DNA of 63,492 nt, the filler included, from Octopus bimaculoides (Eukaryota): the NCBI RefSeq assembly GCF_001194135.2. It is 6 parts of 6 records of this genome, joined end to end, with 100 filler letters (N's around TTAATTAATTAA, not from the genome) between each part and the next. Parts side by side here need not be neighbours in the genome. Positions count along the whole stretch, not along the records: positions 42,022 to 52,738 come from NC_068999.1; positions 52,839 to 58,408 come from NC_068998.1; positions 58,509 to 62,204 come from NC_068988.1; 3 more parts are not named here. One strand, given 5' to 3'. This document shows, piece by piece, positions 48,939 to 58,586 of this stretch. The number at the start of each line of letters is the position of its first letter. Within the stretch, counting starts at the first letter, position 1. Under the pieces are notes generated by a model. That model was not told the origin of the DNA and searched no databases. It saw only the letters and a program-made list of their open reading frames with translations. The position numbers and the translations under genes are program-made.

Positions 48939-50205
48939 CCTTCACGATAGCAGCAACAACAACAACAAATCCTCGACACCCCCTCCCGCGGTAACCTAAA
49001 CTATCCACCAACCGCCATCCGCCATCCACCCACCTTAGATCCCCAATGTCTAAAACAGAGAACACATCTCCACACACCTCCACCCGGCGCCGCCATAGTT
49101 ACTACATTTATATAGTCCCCCCCCCCTACCCGCCTTTGCTACCACCGCCGCCATCCCCGAAAGAAAAAGAAATCAGGCAACACGTGATGTGTTGACGGAA
49201 GAACACCCATTCAGAAGAAACTCAGTGGGGATAACATATGTNNNNNNNNNNNNNNNNNNNNNNNNNNNNNNNNNNNNNNNNNNNNNNNNNNNNNNNNNNN
49301 NNNNNNNNNNNNNNNNNNNNNNNNNNNNNNNNNNNNNNNNNNNNNNNNNNNNNNNNNNNNNNNNNNNNNNNNNNNNNNNNNNNNNNNNNNNNNNNNNNNN
49401 NNNNNNNNNNNNNNNNNNNNNNNNNNNNNNNNNNNNNNNNNNNNNNNNNNNNNNNNNNNNNNNNNNNNNNNNNNNNNNNNNNNNNNNNNNNNNNNNNNNN
49501 NNNNNNNNNNNNNNNNNNNNNNNNNNNNNNNNNNNNNNNNNNNNNNNNNNNNNNNNNNNNNNNNNNNNNNNNNNNNNNNNNNNNNNNNNNNNNNNNNNNN
49601 NNNNNNNNNNNNNNNNNNNNNNNNNNNNNNNNNNNNNNNNNNNNNNNNNNNNNNNNNNNNNNNNNNNNNNNNNNNNNNNNNNNNNNNNNNNNNNNNNNNN
49701 NNNNNNNNNNNNNNNNNNNNNNNNNNNNNNNNNNNNNNNNNNNNNNNNNNNNNNNNNNNNNNNNNNNNNNNNNNNNNNNNNNNNNNNNNNNNNNNNNNNN
49801 NNNNNNNNNNNNNNNNNNNNNNNNNATTGGTGGTGGCGGCGGTGGTGGTGGTGGCGGTGGTAATAGCCATGATTCAGCTGTTAATCTCGCTGGTGCAGTG
49901 AAGAGTATAATATGGTGACACATACCCGCACAGTCTCCCCCCACCCCTTAATAACAACAACTCTATTTACTCCGCCTTTCACCTATTTTCATATATTTCT
50001 CTCCGTCTTTCTCTCTCTATGCATCTCTCTGTCTCTTTTCTCTCTCTCTCTCCCTCTACCTTACTTTCATACAACAACCCTTTTCTCTCTTTCGCCATCT
50101 ATATGTATCTATTTATCTCTCTCTTCATTTCTATGTGTGTATATCTACGCGTGTAAACCCGTCTCTCAATCAGTCTATCTATCAATCCACGTATCTATCT
50201 GTCTC

Positions 50206-50248
<43 letters not shown>

Positions 50249-50479
50249 CTCTATCTATCTATCTAGGATGCAGTCTGGTTAACTGGACGTCTATTAGCTT
50301 ATACGCCAAGCATTCGTTCTCTTTTCGTTATTTATTTAACTATACATATAGCAAACTAGCGACAGAGCCACTATATCAATGGCTTCCAGGAATTTAACTA
50401 ATATGGCTCATTTTGATAATCCAATAATCCTATGGAACTACTTTTTTCTTTCATTTTTACCGTTTGGTCAAGGAGCAGA

Positions 50480-50770
50480 CAGACAGCCGACAACTGATGA
50501 AGGGTCGTTCTTTGTGTTACTTGTCCTGTTTTCCATTCATTTCTCTCGTTGTTTGCGTATTGAACTCATTTGTTTTCGTATTTCATGTTGTTTACTGTTG
50601 GTAACGTCCTGTATCCGTATATGCATATGTGTGTATATATGCATATGTGTGTATATATGTATGTATANNNNNNNNNNTATATATATATATATATATATAT
50701 GCATATATATATATATATATTATTTATATTATTATTTGATTGAACGCCACGTATTCATTTCCAAGTTTAT
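50480..50770 (+). mobile_element. Second copy of the repeat at 42060-42800
   Basis: Direct similarity by eye; internal (TA)n with small gap. Confidence 0.45.
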
Positions 50771-50778
50771 ATTATATA

Positions 50779-51184
50779 GGGGTTGTCAGCAATGAAGGAC
50801 ATGCGACGCCTCCTTACTTCTTTCCACAAGGCCGTAGAGTTAACTCTGTCTCCTACATTGGAGTCCTGGAAACAATTGGTAAGCCCTAGATAGACAGTGT
50901 ATGCAATAGAAGGCGATATGTGTTTCAGTAAGACTCTGCACTATCACACATGGCTCTAGTAACACAGGAATGCATTGGCCTCCTAATTCCCCAGATCTCA
51001 ATCCATTGGACTATTACATTTGGAGCGTTGTCAATGAACACGCCTATAACACCAGAGAATTTTGAAAGCTACGATAGCCAGAGTAATATCCAAAAGGAAC
51101 CAGGACTACTTGATTCGAGCATGTAGATGATTTAGATCTCATATAGAAGCAGTTGTTGAAGTTGAAGTTGGCTTTATTAAATAA
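50779..51184 (+). mobile_element. Decayed Tc1/mariner (maT, DD37D-like) transposase fragment
   Basis: VVSNEGH...FPQG.RVN...YIGVLETI...VFQ*DSA...WPPNSPDLNPLDYYIWSVV...IEAVVEVEVGFIK* across frameshifts. Confidence 0.75.
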
Positions 51185-52451
51185 CATTATAGAAAAGAAA
51201 GTTTATCGGCCCAAGAATCGGAACCGCAATCTTACTATCATGAGTCCAACACCCAGCTACTACGCGCATAAACTGTGGGGAAAGCCCGTCACACACATAT
51301 ATATANNNNNNNNNNNNNNNNNNNNNNNNNNNNNNNNNNNNNNNNNNNNNNNNNNNNNNNNNNNNNNNNNNNNNNNNNNNNNNNNNNNNNNNNNNNNNNN
51401 NNNNNNNNNNNNNNNNNNNNNNNNNNNNNNNNNNNNNNNNNNNNNNNNNNNNNNNNNNNNNNNNNNNNNNNNNNNNNNNNNNNNNNNNNNNNNNNNNNNN
51501 NNNNNNNNNNNNNNNNNNNNNNNNNNNNNNNNNNNNNNNNNNNNNNNNNNNNNNNNNNNNNNNNNNNNNNNNNNNNNNNNNNNNNNNNNNNNNNNNNNNN
51601 NNNNNNNNNNNNNNNNNNNNNNNNNNNNNNNNNNNNNNNNNNNNNNNNNNNNNNNNNNNNNNNNNNNNNNNNNNNNNNNNNNNNNNNNNNNNNNNNNNNN
51701 NNNNNNNNNNNNNNNNNNNNNNNNNNNNNNNNNNNNNNNNNNNNNNNNNNNNNNNNNNNNNNNNNNNNNNNNNNNNNNNNNNNNNNNNNNNNNNNNNNNN
51801 NNNNNNNNNNNNNNNNNNNNNNNNNNNNNNNNNNNNNNNNNNNNNNNNNNNNNNNNNNNNNNNNNNNNNNNNNNNNNNNNNNNNNNNNNNNNNNNNNNNN
51901 NNNNNNNNNNNNNNNNNNNNNNNNNNNNNNNNNNNNNNNNNNNNNNNNNNNNNNNNNNNNNNNNNNNNNNNNNNNNNNNNNNNNNNNNNNNNNNNNNNNN
52001 NNNNNNNNNNNNNNNNNNNNNNNNNNNNNNNNNNNNNNNNNNNNNNNNNNNNNNNNNNNNNNNNNNNNNNNNNNNNNNNNNNNNNNNNNNNNNNNNNNNN
52101 NNNNNNNNNNNTAATTAATCAATGGAGGAGGGGTAGCTTTCCATCACCTCCGTAGATTCTCTTGCACTGCTAGCATCGATGTGGTTGATTTTTTAGTTTG
52201 AACTACTGAAGGTCTTCGATCGTAAAGAAATCTTTGGCGGAGAGCCGTGATGGTGGTGGTGGTGGTGGTGGTGGTGTGTTGGAGCTCCCAGGAATGAAGG
52301 TGAGATGGGAACGGGTCACAATTTGGGGAAAGAATGACTGCATTAAGGTTTTCTTTTCTAGTGCAGACGCTACGGGTGGTGAAATATAGATAGGATGATG
52401 GGAGCATGAGAGATGTATGTGTGTATCGGGTGGACTTGTGTGGGCTTAGAT

Positions 52452-52508
<57 letters not shown>
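52452..52508. repeat. (TAG)n microsatellite
   Basis: Direct. Confidence 0.95.
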
Positions 52509-52509
<1 letters not shown>

Positions 52510-52782
52510 ACGCGGTTGGGTCTATGATTATTGTGTGTGTGTGTGTGTGTGTGTGTGCACACGCGCGTATAGAGCAATCGGACTTGCACAATTATGTGTA
52601 TATGTATGATCGTGCACACGTGAGTATATGCACACAATGATGGTTGTTCCTTCGTGTCTGAGGAGCACTATTATATAATGAAATCAACAAACGTACAGAC
52701 ATATAGACATACATACATACATATTTGTATATGTATATNNNNNNNNNNNNNNNNNNNNNNNNNNNNNNNNNNNNNNNNNNNN

Positions 52783-52794
52783 TTAATTAATTAA
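52783..52794. other. Artificial scaffold linker
   Basis: N44-TTAATTAATTAA-N44. Confidence 0.95.
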
Positions 52795-52847
52795 NNNNNN
52801 NNNNNNNNNNNNNNNNNNNNNNNNNNNNNNNNNNNNNNATACATACA

Positions 52848-52879
<32 letters not shown>

Positions 52880-52971
52880 CACATGCATGCGTGCGTGCGT
52901 TCGTACGTAAATACGTAAGTACATCCGTAAGTACATCCGTAAGTACATATAAAAATCGTTTAGATGAAAGT

Positions 52972-53800
52972 TATCAGGTCGTCCGGAAAGTTCTTAGCGT
53001 TTTTTAAGCGCAATAAAAGATAAATTTAAAACATACACTCATTTTTATTAAAGTAATTTCCATTGTTTTCTATGACCTTAGTCCATCTAGTAAGCAATTT
53101 AAATATTCCATAGGCATAAAACTCAGTTGTTTTTGAAGAAAAGAAGTAATCTAAGTGGGTTCTAACACCGTCAAAATCATTAAATGATTTTTCCCTCTTC
53201 GAGGGTTCTGTAGAGACAATAACAAATGACAGTCAGATGGTGCAATGTCAGAGGAGTATGGTGGATGGGACACGAGTTCCTATCGAAATTCATTCAGCTT
53301 TGTTCGGATAGCCAAAGACACATGTGATCGGGTATTGTCCTGGTGGAACACAACCCCTTTTCTGTTTCGAGAACGCTGGCCTCAATGCCTTGATCTTTTT
53401 ATTCAAATTTGCTAGTTGACGGTAGTACACATCAGCATTGCCGGTCTACGTTGTGGGAACAGCTCATAGTAAATAATGCCTTTGAAATCTCACCAGACAC
53501 AAAGTATAACTTTTTTTGAATGAATATTCTGCTTTGGAAACTTCAGGATTTTTTTCTCACTATATTATCGTAAACAATGCATTTTTCATCTCCAGTTATC
53601 AGTTGTTTAAGCAAAGGAATATTTTCATTGCATTTCAGAAGCATATTACAGGTGCAATACCGGTCCATGCAGTTCTGTTCTGACAGTCTGTGAGGCACTC
53701 AAACATCATAGCGAGAAACATACCCAGTTTTCGCTAAATGTCCGTGAACTCGTGATTGTAGTCTACTCGGTCAGGACTGATTTGGACCAAACAATATAGT
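52972..53800 (-). mobile_element. Decayed mariner transposase C-terminal half plus 3' TIR
   Basis: Minus strand encodes HPPYSSDIAPSDCHLLLSLQN (YSPDLAP motif) and ...KLLTRWTKVIENNGNY; terminus TA|TCAGGTCGTCCGGAAAGTTC. Confidence 0.8.
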
Positions 53801-54529
53801 TATATGAATAGCTTACCACGTTATTAAATGATTCATAGCACACACATATGATATTAAAGTTAACTAAAGAGATGTTTAAAATAAACTAATGTTCTATACA
53901 AGAATTATCAAATATATGTATATGATAGGTACCAACACACGAAGCTCTTGGGCCTTGAGTCACTCTGTTACTTATGCTAAATATTAACACACACACACAC
54001 AAGTATATATGTGTATGTTTATATACACATGTATACCTCTGTAGTTACAGAGGTATACATGTATATGCATGCATACATACAGACATACATATATATATAT
54101 ATATAATATATATGTATATATATATTATATATATATATATATATATATGTATACATACAGATGTGTTTGTGCATATATGTATACATGTATGTCTATGTAT
54201 GTATGTATGTATGTATGTATGTATGTATGTATGTACTTACCAGTATTCAATGACCACATAAAGTTCTTCAGGATTTTTATTTTCCACATTAGTGTTTGGG
54301 GCAAAATCCTCATTTGTTGACATTTTTGCGAAAGAATAAAGCAAACAACACATCGGCTGTCTTTAGCAAAAACTGTAACGTTGAAATATATCAACGTGCA
54401 AAACTTGACTAGCGCCGGGCGTCTCTTAATATAAAACAAAAAGAAATTATCTTGTACATCAAAAACTGAACTTGGTGATATTGCTGTAATCAAAGATCGC
54501 CCTTTGAATTTAAGTGCATATATCTGCGA

Positions 54530-54800
54530 GACTAATAATGGTTTTCTAATTCTGGCTCGAGGCCAGTAAATTTAAGGGTAGGGAGCAAGTTAATTACATC
54601 GATCTCAGTACGTGACTGGTACTTTATTTTACCAACCTCAAAAGGATGTGTAGTCCCAAAACAACTAGGAATCGAAGCAATCAAAATATCATACATGTGA
54701 CTATCTAAAGTCAGAAGTATCGAGCTCAGGACGTAAAGAACCATGAGAAATGCCGGTAAGCATTTTGTTCGACACGCTAACGATTCTGCCAACTCGCCAT
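54530..54800 (-). mobile_element. SINE family C variant, diverged
   Basis: GGCGAGTTGGCAGAATCGTTAGCG head and GGTAAAATAAAGTACCAGT body on the minus strand. Confidence 0.65.
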
Positions 54801-54894
54801 TTTATCTAGGAGACTAATTAAGTTCTCAATTTATGATTTTATTACCAACAGAGATAATAATTATATATATATTAACATATGTATATGATACATA

Positions 54895-55107
54895 GGTACT
54901 ACTAAAGCAGAGTGGTCCCGAACGCGCACCCGCGCTAGCTAGTCGTGAGTGGTCGATCCTACAAAAAGTGCGCGCGCGCGCGCGAGTGCGCGTGTGCAAA
55001 TGAATACATGTGTTTAGGGTTAGGGTTAGGGTAAGGATCGACCACTCACGACTAGCTAGCGCGGACGCGCGACTGCGCGTTCGGGACCACTCTGCTTTAG
55101 TAGTACC
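54895..55107. mobile_element. 213-bp MITE, Merlin-like (GGTAC termini, 9-bp TSD), with internal (TTAGGG)3
   Basis: TIRs 54895-54960 and 55034-55107 match apart from an indel of about 8 nt; TSD TGATACATA at 54886-54894 and 55108-55116; TTAGGG x3 at 55014-55031. Confidence 0.85.
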
Positions 55108-55589
55108 TGATACATATATAATACAAAACCACATTTAAATACAAATCCAAAACAGAAAAAAATGCAAACATGAGCGATGAACGAAAAAAAAAAGAAAAGA
55201 AAGAGAAAGTGGAATAAAGGAAGAAAAATCAATACCAATCAATTCAACACCAAGTGCCTCAATTGGTCGCACACCACAAGGTTCAACGGAAGCAAGCCTA
55301 CACACTTGCGACATTATTTTTTGACGAGCTAGATAATTTCTGACGCTATTGTATATTATTAGGACACAAGTTATATGCATACAGAGCTATTTAAAACATG
55401 ACGAATATGAGCTGATAAATAACTTACATGCCATCTTCTCCCCACAGTTGTTTAATGATTTATAAGATCGTTTCTTATTTCTATTCTCTGCAGTACACTG
55501 GTACGTCTTTGGACGCTTCCAGAAGTTAATCAGTCTTTTTTTTATACCTTAGAAGGGATTGCTAATTTCTTGCACAACTCTTCTCTATT

Positions 55590-55920
55590 TTCTTTTTATT
55601 TATTTATTTATCTGGACAGAGAGTGCCACTGTCCCTTGCAAGCCCTCTGAGACTGGTGAAGCTGATGCCTTTAACGTTCCGTTTAAACTGTTTGCAGGTC
55701 CATACCTGCAAGAAAGACATGAGCAGGGACAAGATTCCAGAGGGGTGGTGTTCTGGAGAGGAAGGATTGGACATAATGGTTAGAGTAGGGCTGGAAGAAG
55801 GATTGTATACAACAAGTGTAATGAGACAAGTGGGTCGGGAGTGATTCAGTAGTGGAAGTATGCGACCATCTTGCACTGAGGAACAGAAGTCATTGTAGTA
55901 GCGATAGAATGACAAGGAGA
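55590..55920 (-). mobile_element. CR1/L2/Jockey-type LINE 3' end with (TAAA)n tail
   Basis: Minus strand ...FYRYYNDFCS...YVQSFLSRTPPLWNLVPAHVF...; tail GATAAATAAATAAATAAA. Confidence 0.55.
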
Positions 55921-56001
55921 CGATGCAGTGGATATGTTGGCCAAAAACTTAAATACAATCCAATCAGAGAAGAAAGAGGACTCTAAGTGACCCCCTGCGA
56001 C

Positions 56002-56214
56002 CAGGGCCGGCGTGGAGCCCAATAAGAGAATTGTCAGTGGGGCCCTCTTCTCTACAAAAGCTGAAGATTTATGTTTTATGCTTCGTGTAGTACGCTAGTC
56101 TCAGCCAAAAAGTGTTGAGGGCTTGAGGCACCACAATGATATACTAAAAATTCATCATAACATCCTCCGCTCGAGCGTGCACGCGGAGCCCAATTTGAAT
56201 AAAAACCGGCCCTA
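56002..56214. mobile_element. hAT-like MITE with 8-bp TSD
   Basis: Termini CAGGGCCGG...CCGGCCCTA; flanks CCTGCGAC (55994-56001) and CCCGCGAC (56215-56222), 7/8 identical. Confidence 0.75.
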
Positions 56215-56690
56215 CCCGCGACCCTTATCACGGCGAAATAATGTTGACAATTCACAGGTAAATAGATAATATCCCCTCGGTTCTGGAGCCTTCGGAGTTA
56301 TCCAGAAGTGATGGAAAGAGACCTTACCCTCTGTTCCTGGGTTAGAGATAGGTGCCTCATTTGAGATGCCACATTCTGCAACTCCTTTGTTCCGTTCCAC
56401 ATTTTTGATGCTGCAGTAAATGGAAGGGTCACTTCCGTAGCCGAACAGACCCCCCCCCCTGAAGTATCGGGACCTGATAGAGAACCATCTCTTCTAACCT
56501 GTGGTGTTTGAGAACTGAGCCACTAACCGTGAAGTTCTTGTCAACATTGGCAGCTCGCCTTACCGAAGTGTCAGGTGATGCCCTTGAAGGCACTTGGCTG
56601 TTGCAACGCCTTACCCTCGCCATCGCCCGTGGTAATGCTGCGAGCGTGCTGGCTTGCTTCAGTAGGTTTTGTTGGACCTTGTAGTGTATG
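56215..56690 (+). mobile_element. CRE-clade (RLE) non-LTR retrotransposon 3' remnant
   Basis: IPSVLEPSELSRSDGKRP ... DALEGTWLLQRLTLAIARGNAASVLAC resembles the CRE restriction-like endonuclease C-terminus; frameshifted. Confidence 0.65.
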
Positions 56691-57168
56691 GCCAGTTGAA
56701 ACGCTTGGTGCTGCATTTTTTTCTTAAGACAAATGTATTCAAGAGAAATGATACACCAATGAGTTGGATCTTCAGAATAAGTTTTACTGGATCTTTTCAG
56801 TTTGGCTGCCAGATCACCCAGTCAGGAAACAGGATTTGGAAGGTGTTATTTTAGGCGTGATTGCACCTTTTTTCAACATCCTGAAAATAGCACTTGTATT
56901 TTTATATGAAACTGTAAACAAATGAATTATGCACGACATATAACCCCTCATAACTTTTTTATTTCTTGAAATTTTCAGAAAAGTTTTGCATATTTGTATT
57001 CTACACATGGGACTTCATACGATTATGCAAAATTGTAGTGGTGCGTGATTTAAAGCCTATTTAGCTGTTATTTTTAGCACACCTCACAACCACCTCAGTG
57101 ACAGTAAAATATGGGTGTGTCTTTCCGCGTTAAGTACGTTATTAAACATACATACACATCTACACATA

Positions 57169-57961
57169 TGTAGTGAAACTAACCTCTATCACCATTATAT
57201 ACAAACACCACTTTCTCTCACTACTATAAATATTAACAAACGCGAGCGTAGTAGAAAGCAACTCATTCCCTGTCATCACCTGACTGATTATTATTTGAAG
57301 CGGAACTGCCTCGTACCGTTCCCGCCAGAACGCAAATCGACCAACCACAGCCCCTAATAAGGTCACGTGATAGTGTTTTTCTAATGGTTCTCTGGAGCCT
57401 ACCTTCAGCTATAAATAGCCTGCTAGATACCCAGCAAATTCGTCGCGCCTCAGATCTCCTTTGAGATCTGGCGTTGACCACACACGCGTAACACAGCAGC
57501 AACCAGTTTCCAGCGACGACATCAACACCATCGTACAGCTACCACTGTGTACTTACCACTTACCACTGTGTACTCTAACAAAGAACTGGTATCTTAAATT
57601 CTTATACGTGTTACTGACTCTTTTCTATCCGCTGTATCTCACGCATACACATACAGGTATTACTCGCACACACTCTTTTATTTACATGACGGCCTGTCTT
57701 TTATTGTGTTTTATTATGTCGCATTCACACACATACAGACATACGATTTAATGCTCCAATAAATACTACTGTTATTCATCTTCATACGGTTGTGTTCCTA
57801 TCGTCTTCCTTACTGGCATTTACGAATTCTCTATGTTATCGAAGTATAACATATTTATCATTTTATATTTTTGTGTTCGACCGTGTGACGCGTTTAATAA
57901 AGGAGCCTATTTTTCCATTCGTCACCATTTCTCCTTTTTGGTTCGCACGGTCGTTCTTACA
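57169..57961 (+). mobile_element. Solo LTR, 793 bp, TG...CA, 4-bp TSD CATA (Gypsy-like)
   Basis: Starts TGTAGTG, ends CTTACA; CATA at 57165-57168 and 57962-57965; TATAAATA 57410-57417; AATAAA at 57758 and 57896. A paralogous empty site lies at about 58133-58230. Confidence 0.8.
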
Positions 57962-58452
57962 CATACATATGCATATGTAAAGATTGACATGCGTGAATGT
58001 ATGTCTCTGTGTGGCTATCTTAGTATATATATGTGAGTGTATGTCAGGAAAATTTTATACCACAACGATGACGATGACGTCACATTTTGTATATGATTGT
58101 ATATCTCTCTGTAAGTGTATGTGTCTGTGAGTGTGTGTGTTTCCGCGTTACGGACGTTATTAAACATACACACACATCTACACATACATATACATATGTG
58201 ACAACTGACATGCCTGAATGTCTGTACGTAAGTTTTAGAAGTGAAAGCCTTGAGAAAAAAAAAAAATAATAAGGTGGCAAGATCCAAGGTATATTTAAAA
58301 AAATACACATTTACTGTTCCATTACCAGTTAATAATTATGGCAAAGGTTGCAAGGCATTTATAATTACATATTTACCATTACATTAAGATATTTATCCTA
58401 TATATATANNNNNNNNNNNNNNNNNNNNNNNNNNNNNNNNNNNNNNNNNNNN

Positions 58453-58464
58453 TTAATTAATTAA
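58453..58464. other. Artificial scaffold linker
   Basis: N44-TTAATTAATTAA-N44. Confidence 0.95.
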
Positions 58465-58508
58465 NNNNNNNNNNNNNNNNNNNNNNNNNNNNNNNNNNNN
58501 NNNNNNNN

Positions 58509-58582
<74 letters not shown>
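58509..58582. repeat. (ATT)n microsatellite, 3' tail of the R4-like element
   Basis: Direct. Confidence 0.95.

Positions 58583-58585
<3 letters not shown>

Positions 58586-58586
<1 letters not shown>

Noticed and set aside
52112-52119. TAATTAAT next to an N run as a sixth linker
   Set aside because: Incomplete 12-mer with no N44 on the right; probably genuine sequence.
52144-52407. 87-aa minus-strand ORF with poly-Thr (poly-Pro/poly-His in other frames)
   Set aside because: Driven by a (GGT)n tract; no domain or convincing splice context.
52915-52948. 12-bp tandem GTAAGTACATCC x about 3 containing donor consensus
   Set aside because: Short slippage product at the edge of an (ATAC)n field.
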